From Marsupella aquatica (lineage: Eukaryota; Plantae; Marchantiophyta): a DNA stretch of 64,000 nucleotides. Every line of letters begins with the position of its first letter. The first letter of the stretch is position 1. The stretch is from contig OZ316897.1 in the NCBI GenBank assembly GCA_973895155.1, positions 11,555,832 to 11,619,831 of the forward strand. The letters are read 5' to 3'. Below are positions 46,901 to 59,829 of this stretch, piece by piece. A program made the position numbers and the translations under genes. Below the pieces are notes generated by a model. It saw only the letters and a list, made by a program, of their open reading frames with translations, was not told where the DNA came from and ran no database searches.

Positions 46901-49364
46901 CCTTCTTTACAGGTCAGATGTTTTAGGCCAAGTCATGCCTCTTATGGGCAGGGACTGGACGCAAATCGGGGTTGCCAGGCTTTTCTCTGCCATCAAGGTA
47001 TGAAATCTTTAACTTAGTGAGGTGTTTGTAATCAAATTGTATCTGTATCATTGATTTGTAGGCTGATACATAAGTGCTTCCCTTTGATCGCGTTGAGGAG
47101 CGTTGCCAGCTTGGGACAATATCGCTTTGATGATTTTGTCCAGTAATCTCACTACAAATTGCGATGACCTCGTTTCGCAGAAAAATGGATATGAGTTATT
47201 ATTTCTGAGTGCTCGCGCTATCTCTCAAGCTTATCTTACCCGACAATTCCTCGAAAATATTAAACAGGTGTGCAATGATGTTTTTGGACACTGGGGACAA
47301 ATGTATACTTTGAGAACCTTTGATCTTGCAGTTTCCGTGATCAGTTACCTAGTTCTCGTTTACTTTTGTCTTTACATGTTCGAGTTGAAGCAGTTGCTGT
47401 GGATGTTCTACCTTGGTTGTTGGATAGTTTCATTGTAACGGTCTGTTAGCATATGTTCATCTTAAATATTAGAGCAGATGACATATGGACCATCACATTT
47501 GACCAGCGTTGGTGCTCTTTAAGCTCTTAACCAGTCATGTTTCCAAAGTTCTGCGTTGGCAAGTTATTACTATCAAACAGGGACTAAGGCAAATGACTAC
47601 TTTGAACTAACGCTTGACGTGATCAGGACGGTGAGGCTCTTCCGGATGGGCCTGTCGTCATTTCTCCTGATGGCTTGTTTCCTTCCCTTTACCGTGAAGG
47701 TAAGACATTCGATGTTTCAATAAATGTACTTATCTTGAGCCACATCCCTCAGAGCTATGATCACTGGTTTGTTTTTGGAGGGGGTTGCTTTCTTAGTCCT
47801 TGCAAAATATTCTTGTTTCTGGCTTGACTCACAGTTTCAGAAACCATTTGTAGAGTCTGGCATATTTGGGTATGTTCGGTACACCCAACTGTTCTCGTTA
47901 CCAATGGGGGAATGGATTTGCGTAAATAGCTACTGACCAGTTGATCTGTGTAATGCAGTAATACGCAGGGCCCCACATGAGTTCAAAATAGCATGCTTAG
48001 AGGTGATGTCTTCTCCTATGGCTTCTAGGGGCGGTCTACTATTTAGAGCAAATCACTTACAGTTTTAATTTGTGACGACGTGGTGCATACATTGTGCGCA
48101 ATCCCTGGAAATCGAGGCATTTAAGTTTTGAACGATTCAAATTATGTGGATTAGCTCACCGAATCACTTTTATCATGTTATTATGGTTCGATAATCTTCA
48201 AATGAAGGCCGTTGTGGTGAGGGTTAGAGTAGTTCTGTTCAGGAATTTACCTAGATGCGCATGTGACCTTTCAATGCACTTTGTCCTCTGAATTACGCAG
48301 GGTAGTCATGACTGAAAGTGGTCGTTATCCTTGATGTGCAGGATATTAAGTCGCTCTTTCCTCCAGAAAGCAAGCCATTCTATGCCGGATTTGGAAACCG
48401 TGACACAGACGAGTTAAGCTATTTAAAAGTTGGGATTTCGAAGGGAAAGATTTTCATCATTAACCCAAAGGTAAATTGTGATCCTCTTGGCTCGTTGGTG
48501 TCGACTGTGAAAAATCTAGTATTCATTTCCCTTTCTATTATATTGTTGGCAACCGGTACAAGCAGAATCTACAATGCAAGTTTTCTTGGATATTGAATGC
48601 AGGGCGAAGTAGTTGTGAATAATCAAGTGGATGTTAAGTCTTACACATCCCTTCATAAGTTGGTGGATGATATGTTCCCAGCTATGAGTTTCACTGAACA
48701 GGTGTGTCTTTGGATTTTGATGATTGCACCTCCTTCCCTTATCCTCTGGTCGTCATCAATCCCCTTCATGATTGTCAAAGCTAGACTGCATGTCAGATAG
48801 TTCTCCGTATGTTTGTCATAGCGGTGCAGATGATATACATAAATCGTAGACAATTTTCTCAGTAGGATTGATTCTCTTGTTTGAAAGAAATGCAGATTCC
48901 TGATTTTCAATCTATGCCAGGGATATATCGAATTTGGATTCTGTAATCGTTGGACTGTCATATATAGAGACTTCTTCCTTGCACATCAGTGATAAGTCTT
49001 ATGTCGGGATGATCCTTGATGCTGTTCCTCATATTGTCTTGGCTGATGTTGTAAGACTTTGCAGGAAGACTATAATGAATGGAATTTTTGGAAGCTGCCT
49101 CTTCCAGACATCGCCGATGAGCCAAGTGTAAAGAGGTATGATCCTACCCTACTTTTTAGTAGAAAGAGTCCCTGAAGAGGAGTAGATTTCTTGAAAAAGT
49201 ATTGAAGCCTCGCTGAAATGCAACATTCGTGCTAGGTTGATGGCCAGCAAAGAGTACGCTGCAAATGTTTTTGATGGTCTGCAAGATTAACACGTCTTAG
49301 TGGTCTTTGCAGTGTCGGTAGCTCAAGTTCAAGAAGAAGTGGTAAATCTGGTAGACTTTCATGA
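40921..49364 (+). CDS. PAH: Lipin / Mg2+-dependent phosphatidate phosphatase (PAH1/PAH2 family), ~1935 aa
   Basis: Exons 40921-45427, 45633-46219, 46576-46649, 46913-46997, 47181-47267, 47627-47699, 47959-48002, 48342-48470, 48603-48701, 49065-49135, 49313-49364 (5808 nt, in phase). N-LIP ([29 protein letters not shown]), Lipin_mid (LSLCRHLL), catalytic [22 protein letters not shown] and [14 protein letters not shown] are present. The last small exon is less certain. Confidence 0.95.
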
Positions 49365-51549
49365 TACCAGGTTGTGTACCAGTAAGGCAGACTAGATACA
49401 GACAGGGATTACAACCCATGGTGTTTATTATACATGGCAAGCAAGGTTAGCAAGGACTAGCTGGGTTTGAGTTGTAGTTACTGTACAGTACGTTTGACCA
49501 CTTCCTGTGGTCCGGGATATGTAGAAATTGTACAGTTCGAGTCATTATTCAGCCATCTCATTGTGTAAGGCAATGTTAGTGCAAAATATCATTCTGGGCA
49601 CACCTATCAAGGGACTATTCAGGATTCCCATTAGATCTCATCCGCTTAAGTTGTAGACATGAAGATCAGCAATTGGCAAAATCACCTTCAGGAGGAGGTA
49701 CCTGTGGCTCTTGTTCTGCTACTGCAGCTCGCCACCCATTTTCTAAGCCAGTTACTTTCTAGTCGTTCACGACCTTCGCATCATACAGAGATTTAGAAGA
49801 TCTTTATTCAACTAGGGAGTTGATTCCTCTTTCACAAAAGGTTTCCCATTAGCATGGTGAAGGGTTACGCTTGTTCAATTGTACTCAATAACATTTTTTA
49901 CTGGGCACGAGGGTCTGCTTCGGATTACTTAGATTTTCTTAAGCATGACAGTTTCATTTCACCTGTATTCACAATTTGCACACGGAGAATGTGCTTTGCT
50001 TTGAATTAAATGAGGAGCACAGCTATGGAGCAGCAAATGGCCTCAAAATTTAGCAGGCTAGGTATTTGTTTTCCTGTCCAAGGCACATTATACATTCTAC
50101 ACGTTTCCAAGCAGATGCAGTTCTAGAATTCTTTCCAGAATTATTTTGTGTGAAATAATATTTAGCTGTGCAGCTTGCACTTAGAGCCTCGAGCAGTGCT
50201 TAGTGGAACTGGCAATCTCAGCAGTAGCATCAGATGTCCACACATTATATTATATAGCACAGACGTTCTAAGAGGAACCGCCGAGACAACGTTGTGGCTT
50301 TCTAGAAAGGACCAGCACAAGTGTCTGCAATCCCTGTGGACGCCTAGGCCCTTAGAGCTGTTAGAGGTGATTCACCCTCTTGATCGACAATTGGCCTGTG
50401 AAAGGACTTAAGTGTATAAACATTCAAGAATCTCAACTTTTCTTTCCGTCCAATCGGTATTAGACTAGACGCAGGCTCCAAAAACGACCCAAGATTCTTT
50501 AGAACTTCATCTTTTGCTTTCCTGGGTTTCCAGAAGCTGCTGGAACGACCATGTATCGATCACCATTGAAAGCTTGCAACGCGTAAACAACGTGTCAGCA
50601 AGAAAAGCCGAATTAGTGTAGGCGGGTCTCTATCAGCATTCTGTTCTCCTGAAGGATGGGCTCCCTTGGTTATTAACATGGCTACCCCTGTATAACCTCG
50701 TAGTGTCTATATCATGACATTGTAAGAGTGTTGTTCCCTTGGTTTCCATGCTTACGCCATGTATAACCACTTAGGGTCTACATCAGGACATTGTAAGGGT
50801 TTGGTTCTCTTGGTTACCATAGTTACCCCTTGTATAGCCTCTTATGGTGCATGTCATGACACAGTAAGGGTGTGGGAGTGCTGTGACAGTGTAAAGTGGG
50901 TTTTCACCTCTTACCATCCATATCATGGACTGCCCTTTTGTTGGCCCATCAGAAGTTTATTTATAAAAGAAACACTCATAGGGAGAAAAAATGTGGGAAG
51001 GACAGTTTTGTTGTGGGGAGAGGGGTGTTAGGGACCCCGAGAATTACGCTGAGCAGAGAATAATGGACAACGCTAGTTTGGAGTTTCAGAATTTGGAGAC
51101 AAAGGAGTGTTGGGAGCCCAGTTGGACCGAGACTTAGTTGCCATTCCATCGACAGTGTGAGGCACCTGAGCCAAGTACACCCTATAGCGAGCGAAAACCT
51201 GCTGCATATTTCATTGAAGAGCAGCAAAGCTTTCTGTTGACAGTCGAAGAACTTTCAATTTGCAGTACTAGTGGCGGGTAAGGGGGAAGCACACTGCAAG
51301 CTGTGTGAAAGTGCTCCCGCTACAGTCTCGTGCCCATCAACGGCATCGTGTTTCAGCTCCGTCGTGAAAGTGTGCACATATCGACTGCTTTGTTCCCTTG
51401 CCCTTGCTTTGCCTACTCCTCTAATCTTTGTGCTCCATTCTTTCACCCTTGCTCGCCTTCTCCTCTAATCTTTGTGCTGTGTTGAGGTTCAGGTTCGACT
51501 CATGATGAGCTCTCATTTTTTGTAGGTCCTGCTGCTGGTAAGCCCAATG

Positions 51550-52050
51550 GCATTGCAGTATGAGCTGCACTCCGTGATTTCCCTGGCTTCTTTGATTGCA
51601 AGCAATTGAGTAATGGCCAGGTGAATTCAATGAACAAATTGTAAAGTTTTCCTTCCATTCATATTGGACCCAAAACCATTTGCTTTAGCGTTGCAGCTGC
51701 TGTAGGGTACAAATATCTTACAGCCAGCTGCCTTGTCGTTTAGACAAAGGATTGAGAAACGAATGACAACCCAACTGCAGAAAGACTACTACAGCTGTTC
51801 TAATTGACTGACAGACCAATGGAATTTGATCCAGCCAAAACCCAACTCCAAAAATTGTTGGAACACTAATCTAATTGAAATAGAAGCGATTTGAAAGGAA
51901 TTGAAACTATTTAAGAACAACTTGAAGATTAAGGACCTCCAAATTAAGGCAATGAACTGGACATCAAAAAGCCCCTGCCAGAGCTTCCATCCGAGCACTT
52001 AGAGAAGCAATTCCTATCCTCAATTCGTTTGGCCTAGATTCCACTCCTAT
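51550..52050 (-). mobile_element. Possible decayed LINE ORF1 relic
   Basis: Stop-interrupted minus-strand translation gives GFWLDQIPLVC...LG and then VQYEWKENFTICSLNSPGHYSIAC, resembling the DUF4283 / zf-CCHC_4 region of plant L1 ORF1. Confidence 0.3.
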
Positions 52051-52629
52051 AGCCCCATCAATCTTTTTGTAAAGTAATTTGTTCTCACCAGACGTCCACT
52101 AAGCTCTGGGCTTCTGGATTATGACAGACTGCGGATCCTGGGACATGGAAACTCAATTTGTACTCGATCAAATGAGCTTGGGGCCGGATTAAAGCAAAGC
52201 CCTATACCCTTAAAACTGATAGCACATAGAACTGCAGTTAACAGTCGCTGAAACTCACGAAGCAAAGAGAAAAGCAAAGAGAAAGCTGCGAGAGGAGCGG
52301 AAGCCCTGCTTTGCTTAATTATAGAGGATGAAGGACAGCGTAGGGGAAACTGAAGGAAGCTGAAGAGGGCAAGAGAATTTGGCAATTTGCTTTCACCGAT
52401 TGTTACAAGGGACGGATGAAGAACAACTATGTATAGCCCGAAATCTCGCATGTAGACAATCCTCAGATTGTGGGTCCTTAAAACTAAACTGACGGGAACA
52501 AGCTGACTGCGACAGCTCACAGTATCTTATGTCCCTGAGCAATGTGTAAGCAGGGAAAGCCTCTTTGCCCTCCTGTTTCGTGTGTGTCGCCTTTGCCCCT
52601 TGGCTTGTTGGACCCTCTGGTCTTCTTGG

Positions 52630-52866
52630 GACCTTTTCCCTCCTTTTTCCCATGTAGACACTAGTCCTTGAGTTTCACTCATGTTTTCCCTCCTTTTTCC
52701 AATGTGGACAATAGTCCTTGAGTTCAAACTCATGTAGTGTTTGGCACTTTTCCCACATGTGTAGTGCTTGACATCTTTTCCGATGTGGACACTACTGTAG
52801 TCCTTGAGTTCACACTCATGTAGTGTTTGGCACTTTTCCCACATGTGTAGTGTTTGACACTTTTCC
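52630..52866. repeat. Degenerate tandem repeats (tagtccttgagtt...ctcatg / cttttccc.catgtg)
   Basis: The motif tagtccttgagtt recurs three times, interleaved with gtttggcacttttcccacatgtgtagtg twice. Confidence 0.8.
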
Positions 52867-53099
52867 TTTTCTCTTCCTTTTTTTAGGATTGCACTTGGTT
52901 TTCTTTTTCCTTGTTTGGTGTTTGTGATCTTTGGACCTCATTTTATTTCCTTTCATTGTACCTTGTTTTTTCCTGATTTATGAATTTTGGTGGAAGTTTT
53001 CCTTCATTGGGTTGTTTTGCCTATGGGATCCTGTCTCCGGTGCTTTTACCCTTTGGCACTCTTGTATATACTTTTGCCTCCCTGTTTTGTGTGTGTCTA

Positions 53100-53458
53100 C
53101 ACTGTTAACTGTAATTACTGTGACTAGCAGTAATTTGAGAGCACCAATTTTTAGGGTCTATTTGCAAATTAGTGTTAGTCACACTAATTTTGTGCTAACA
53201 TTATTTCTGTGTACATGAATTAATGTTACTATGATCTGAAGAGTGGAAAAATAGAGGAAAACTTCACAAGTTTATTTTGGACTCAAGATCATCCATTTTT
53301 TACTAGCAAGTTAGACAAAAGTGAAAAAAAGTATTCTGAAAAACCAACCAAAAATAGTGTTACTTGGACTCAAAAATCACTTTCTCAAGATTAGTGTTAG
53401 TAACACTAATTTTGTAGTAACCCTAGTTCTTGCATAATACTAATTAGGGTGAACAGTG
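53100..53458. mobile_element. MITE copy 3, older and diverged, 359 bp
   Basis: ta|cactgttaactgtaatta...taattagggtgaacagtg|ta; colinear with copy 1 (ttttagggtcta, aattagtgttagtcacactaattttgtgctaaca). Confidence 0.85.
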
Positions 53459-54290
53459 TACTTGTTTATTCACATTTCAAGAGTGTGTGTCTTCTTGTTT
53501 TATTCACACTAGCCTGATTACCTGAGAGAAGACAAAAAGAAATACTCCCCCAAAACATTCTATGGTATTCCTTCATCTTTGCCCTCACTTTGTTCTTATT
53601 TATAGTTGCAGTTAATCTTTTCCTTATTGAGTGTTAGTGTCTAGAGACTTCACTCTAGGCCCTTAGACAGTAGCCCTGGAAAGCAGGTTTGCATGGCAGT
53701 TTGTTATTAAGATAAACCTGGATGCCATTCTGTAAAATAGAAACTATGACAAAACTTATCATGCATAATCATCATTTTGAGATACATAATATCTCATCTT
53801 CTTCATCATTCCACATAAACTTTGGTGGGGCCCCAGAGTCATGATGTAGAGGTTTCACTCTAGAAGCCTAGACCCCAACTCTAGTTTTTCATCGTGACTT
53901 ATTAATAAGATTTTAAGAGTTAGGGACCTCAAGACCAGGGCCCAAGCTGTTTTGCCTCCATGCTTCCTTTCTTTTGAAACAGACTTCCTGGGGCCTTGTC
54001 CCTTGAGCGCAGCCCTCCCCCCTTGTCTGTGCAATCACAGGAAAATGTCTGGCAAACTTTGTTAGGCTGCATGGTGTGACCCTGTTTTCGTGGGGGTCTA
54101 TTTGTGAGGGTTGTGAAGGGCAGGGTCGCGGTTGCAGCAAAGGTGCAAGCGGGAGGAACATATACTTTAGCTTGCATTTTTGTGAGTCCTTTTGACCATG
54201 ACTCTAGCTTTGTGTGTGGACAGGGCAAAAATACATTCTAAGCTTGGGTGTTATGAGACTAAGCTAAAAAAAATTCACTGTAAATCTAAA

Positions 54291-56232
54291 CACTATAATA
54301 TGCAATCCAGCTCTTTTTTTCTCATCAAAGACTGTTAAGACAGAATGTTGGCCAAATTGTTGTCATTGTCCTTTTCGTCTCCTCAATCAACATCTTTGCC
54401 TTGCCTCAACATCTTTTCCTTCTCCTTGACGTCTCTGCCTTGCCTAGAGATCTTTTCCTCTTCTTGACATCTTCTGTGCAGCACATTGGGGCTAGTCAAG
54501 TTACTATAATATTCAATCCCGCCCATTTCTGGGCTCCATCTGCTTACGAGAATCTAAAAAGGCGGGAACAAATCTAGATCATCCATTGAAATGACAATTT
54601 TTAATGACCATCAGATATACCAAAATCATCCATTTGTCTCCCCTCAGTTTTATTTCACAGGCACAGGTACACACTCTCAAAGGTAAGTAAGGTCAAGGTA
54701 CCACCTCCAAGGCGCACTTGACCATTTAGTGCTCTATGGCTGTGGGCAATTGTACTTGAAGGTACAACAATGATGGGGCTAATTAGATTCTACTTTGTGG
54801 TTTCTCATAGAGGTTATACACTCCCCAAAAGATACGACACTCTGCACTATAAGGATAAGAAGTTGGCCTCAAGGAAAAAGGAAAGAAATAAGGAAGGGAA
54901 AAGTGTAATAAATGGAGTAAAGTAGTAAAAGTTGGGGAAAAGATGAGAAGTAAAATAATCCGGGATAGTTTAATATTTTTGTGCACACCAAAAATTGAAA
55001 TGAAAATTATTATTTTTTAACAAAAACTCTCCCTTTGCGAGACCATGCTTGGTGAGAGAATGGGATGCGAGATTGGTGACAATAATCATTTCTTATCTAC
55101 AAATCTAAATCTTTTACACCAAGACATATTTATATGCAGTGAAACCCTAAATGCAACAATTGAACATTTTTTACACAAAAATTTCTTTTACATAATGAAA
55201 ATTTTTCATCATCACCTCTTTTGTTAACAATATTGTGTCCATAACAACATCTTTTATGCATATGATCTTTAGCACAACAATTTTTTTGTGCAATGCAAGG
55301 AGAATGAGCTCGCCCATATTCATTTGCGCTGCCTTGAAATCTTTGTCTCTCGTTAGTTGACATTTTTCCTCGCCTTGACATCTTTGCCTTGCCTCGGCAT
55401 CTTTTCCTCGCCTCAAAATCGTTTCCTCCCTCAACATACTTTCCTCACCTTGACTTTGCCTTCACATCTTTTCCTTGCCTCAAAATCTTTTGTGCAACGC
55501 TCGCCTAAATTTCTTTGCATCGGCTCATCATCTTTGTGTCACTTTGACGTCTTTCCCTCTCCTTGATATTGTTTGCTCCCTTCAACATTTTGTCCTCACC
55601 TCGACATCTTTTGTGCAACGCACAGGCATTAAGGTTTAGGGTTATATGAACAGTCATATAACCCTAAATCTTTTATCACCTTGACATTTGTGCCTCGCCT
55701 AAAGATATGTTTATTTATTTATTTTATCTCAAACTTTTGTTATCTCCTCCTCATCTTTTCTCTCATGAACATCTTTTGTTCATCTCGACATCTTTTGCTC
55801 ACCTCAATATCTTTTTCTCTCTTTGACATCTTTTTATCACCTCAACATCTTTGTATCACCTCAACAACTTTGTATCACCTCGACATCTTTTTATCATCTC
55901 GACATCTTTTTATCACCTCGACATCTTTTTGTCACTTGACATCTTATTATCACCTTGACATCTGTCTATCACTCGACATCTTTTTATCACCTGACTTCTT
56001 TTTATCACTCGTCATCTTTTTATCACCTCAACAACTTTTTATCCCCTCAACATCTTTTTATCATCTTGACATCTTTTTATCACCTCGACATCTTTTTGTC
56101 ACTTGACATCTTATTATCACCTTGACATCTGGCTATCACTCGACATTGTTATATCACTCAACATCTTTTTATCACCTCGATATCTTTTTATCACTTGACA
56201 TCTTTTGTGCAACGCACGGGCATTGGGCGAGT
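54291..56232 (+). mobile_element. Non-autonomous Helitron-like units with an internal minisatellite
   Basis: Helitron-type 3' motif gtgcaacgcacgggcattgggc(g)ag-t at 56207-56232; variants at 54476-54496 (ending ctagt) and 55613-55630; recurring head actataatat(g/t)caatcc. Confidence 0.55.
55730..56206. repeat. ~18-bp minisatellite (cctcgacatctttttatca)
   Basis: More than 20 degenerate units; this array produces the spurious repetitive ORF 55681-56106. Confidence 0.9.
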
Positions 56233-57364
56233 ACACTATAATATGAAATTGCACTCTCTCTCAGGGTCTATCTCAAAAGTTCATTCTGACAGGAAGCTTC
56301 CCTGGCCACTTGATTTTGGTCGCATTTTGTACTAACCTTGGATGGCTTGATTATGGTCACATTTTCTCCCAACCATGAGATGGACCTAAGTGTCCCACTA
56401 TACAGTCACCTTTTCTGCGCCCAACTTGTCACTCTCCCCACAATATGCACAATCCTTCAAATCTAAGAACCAGGCCTCTTGGCCTACTGCCTGCAGCCTT
56501 GCCAGCAACATCTGACAGCCTGGCAGTTTCATTGATGCTCGGGAACATTTCTGCTCTGGATAATAAATTTTTAATGAACTGAGGGCAAACTTGCATGTGG
56601 GGGTAGTCCTCAAAAATTCAGCCCCTTGCACTCGCAATACATTTGGGAAAAAGCAGATTCTCATTGACAACACAATTTGCTCAGTGTGATGTGTGCAAGT
56701 GTGCTAGTGTCTGTTCTTTGTCGCTTTATTAAAGTGTGCATTTTGTTTTAGGGCCATCTTGCATGTAGAAGGTTCTCTACAAAGCCGCCTTTAAGTGAAC
56801 TAATTGCAGCATATGAATGAGCTAGATTTTCACGCCACAACCCCCTCCCATCTCAAGGGGGGTCACTTTCATGGAAGTGACATATATATCACCTGCAACA
56901 AAGTATAGGGTCATTTAAATGGTTTTGGCAGAAGACTTTTTAAGTCTTCAATGGAAATATATGGTTGTTTAATTGCAAAATGCATATATGTCATCACGTA
57001 ATTAGTCTCGTAAAATTTTATAGAAAGTGACCTAGGGGGGTCATAAATGACTCAAACCATTGATTGCACATGATGTATGACTTTCCCTATAGTGACCCCC
57101 CAAGCCTCCCATACAGTCATGACGGAAATCATTGACGGTTTCCAAGGGCATGCAGGAGCCGGAAACTTTCCGGCCCTTGATGTCCCAAGTAACCTTTGAT
57201 TTGAAAATGAGACAAAAGTGACACAACTCCTGTGGACAAGCAAAATCTGGGTTTGGGCAACATATATCTGGGAATGTTGAGGGCAGTAGCCTCAAGGACT
57301 TTCACACACAGGACACCCATATTCCCAAGAGAGAGTTTGGGTTATCAAGACTGAAAGTTTTTTT

Positions 57365-57690
57365 GGCCTTTCCCCTTGGCTTTCCACAAGAGATTAGGAG
57401 GGGCTTTAGGCATGAAAGTCTCACCAAAAGAAATCATGTCATCTGACCTTTGCCATTGGCTTTCCAGAAGGGATGAAGGGGGCCTTAAGGCATGAACTCA
57501 TGTCATCTAGCCTTTGCCCTTGGCTGTCCACAAGAGATGAGGGGGGCCTTAAGGCATGAAAGTCTCACCAAATGAAATCATTTCATTGATTATTTGAGGG
57601 CTGCAAAACAAAGGGTCAGTTGGTTATTTGAGGGCCGCAAGACAAAGGGTCAATTGGCTATTCAAGGGCTGCCAAACAAAGGGCCAATCA
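57365..57690. repeat. Two degenerate tandem arrays (~65-80 bp x3 and ~35 bp x3)
   Basis: cctttgcccttggctttccacaagagat...ggcatgaa x3; tatttgagggctgcaaaacaaagggtca x3. Confidence 0.75.
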
Positions 57691-58021
57691 CATGCAAGTT
57701 GGGTCTAAGGATTCATAATTATATGACCACCGGCTTTGTATCCAATTCCAGCAATTGAAGCTCTACCAAAGTTATGCATTGTTTGACCAATTGTTGTCTT
57801 TGGAGTAGTTGATTGGTTGATTTCCTGTCAAATTCAAGCTCTTCCCAATTTAGAACACTCAGCACGTCTTGTGATTTTGGTGGGCGTGTCAAAGTTCAAC
57901 CATAAGAAAAGTCTTATGAGTGAATTTTTTTTGTACATATTAAGATTCTTATGGGGAGTGTATTTAGGTAGCCAGGAGTTATGTCCTGGCCATAACAGTG
58001 TTTTATGTCATTGCTATTTTG

Positions 58022-58158
58022 GCACGCCCTATTACAGTTGTGTCTCTTACTACTCTCTCGTGCTGTTTTGACACTTCCTATTAGAGTTGTCTCTTACTGC
58101 TCTCTTGTGCTGATTTGACACACCCTATTAGAGTTGTCTCTCTTACTACTCTCTCTAC
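58022..58158. repeat. ~48-bp tandem repeat x3
   Basis: cctattagagttgtctcttact(a/g)ctctct.gtgctg.tttgacac occurs three times. Confidence 0.8.
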
Positions 58159-59829
58159 AGAGGTATTGTATAATGTGAGCAAACACTAATTTTGCTAGCA
58201 AGACACTAGTGGTTTTAAATTTCTTTTGCTTTTTACTGCCTTTTATATTTTTGTGTGTTTTTTTATGAGTCTTGATTGCTAGCGATTTCCCTAGCAAAAA
58301 GACCAGTCCCCAAAATGTATGTTATCAACCAGGTTGTTGTTAGCTAAGCAGTTGGATATAGAAAAATTAGGGGTGGTGTGAGGACAATTTTTGCTCTTGC
58401 CTGGAAAAGTTTTACTTAGCTTGTTTCCTCTCAATCAAGCTATAATGACCCCTTTCTACAGCTCATTTGATACATTATTCCTCCCAAGCTACAATGACCC
58501 CTCTCTGTACAACTCATTTGCTACATTATTCTCCATGTTTTAATTCGTTCGTTCTCGTTCTTGTGGGCTACAATTGCACAGAGACAAGCTCTCTTGTCCA
58601 TCCCATCTCTCAGCTTTTGCGACACTTGGATCGAAAAAGCTATAAATTTGAGGTAAAAGAGACCTTGCTCTTCTACAGCACTCTCTAGCTTTACACGCCT
58701 TTTGTGATTCGTCACTTCTCACCCTGGAATGGCATCTGATCTGCAGAGTTCAATGTGATCACATTTATGCACTTGCTCTGGATTTGTGCTACAAATTGCT
58801 TCAGCTGATTTGCGTGTAGTGCTGTACTCGTAAGAATTGGCAAATTGTGCCATCAGAAGTTTTTCCACTGAAAACGCAGATCAGCAGTACTGTAATCCAT
58901 GATGTCTCCTTCGATCTGATCTACTACGAATTTTGAAGATTGCGCATCCTTTTTGATATCACATCTGAACTTGCCATTCATCGTGTATACCCCCCCCCCC
59001 CCCGTCTACTTTCACCGGCTCGGTCCCACTCTTGCTTGCTTTTGAGATATTTACGGAGCACTCTCGAAAACAGAGCAAAGTGGTGTCCAAAAAGCGATGC
59101 AGAAATGGAACAAAGTCATCGCTTATTGTCTTTCTTCCTCCAGATTGTTCTCCCACTCCCCATGCTCGTGAGGGTATATACATTGATGGCAGAGTTCTAC
59201 CATAGTTTTGACTTCTCCTTTATCCGAATTTCTGACGAGCTATTCTTGTGCAGTGTAGTGTTCCTGACGTACTGATGACCAGTAGGTCAGTGAAGTGTGG
59301 TAACAGTAGCCTCAACTGATATCCGTGGAGAATACTTCGGAGTAACATTCCTCCTTTTGCTATATGGCCCACTGCCTCCCACTGGAGGGCTAGCTCGTCC
59401 AGATGCCGGAGCATCTTCAGTACCAACAGATGAAGAGACAAATCGCTCGGAATCGTGATCCAAATCAATGTTGGCCAAGCGGAAGGCAAGATTCCCTTCG
59501 TGAGGTCCGTCGTGTCTATACAAGCACTGCTCGTTTTTGGAATCATTTTTGCAGCATTAATTTGATTACTATGCTTCATTCTTTCTTCTTCATTTTAGTT
59601 CTCATTAGTATCTCATTATTTCCTGGCGGATAGCAAGAGTACTGTACTAAACTTTTGTCGAGCCAGAACGTTCCATCTTCCTCATAAATCCTGTTTTTAA
59701 ACACTTCAATTCTGAACACCCTCGATTCCCAGCTCAGCGAGCTTTGAGCTCGAGGTTTTCGTGAAATTGATAAATCTCGTACGGGAGCTCGACCTACGGA
59801 ACGAAAGCGTCAGATTCCTACCTTACCAC

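Noticed and set aside
55681-56106. 141-aa repetitive ORF (LDIFLSPRHL...)
   Set aside because: Translation of the 18-bp minisatellite
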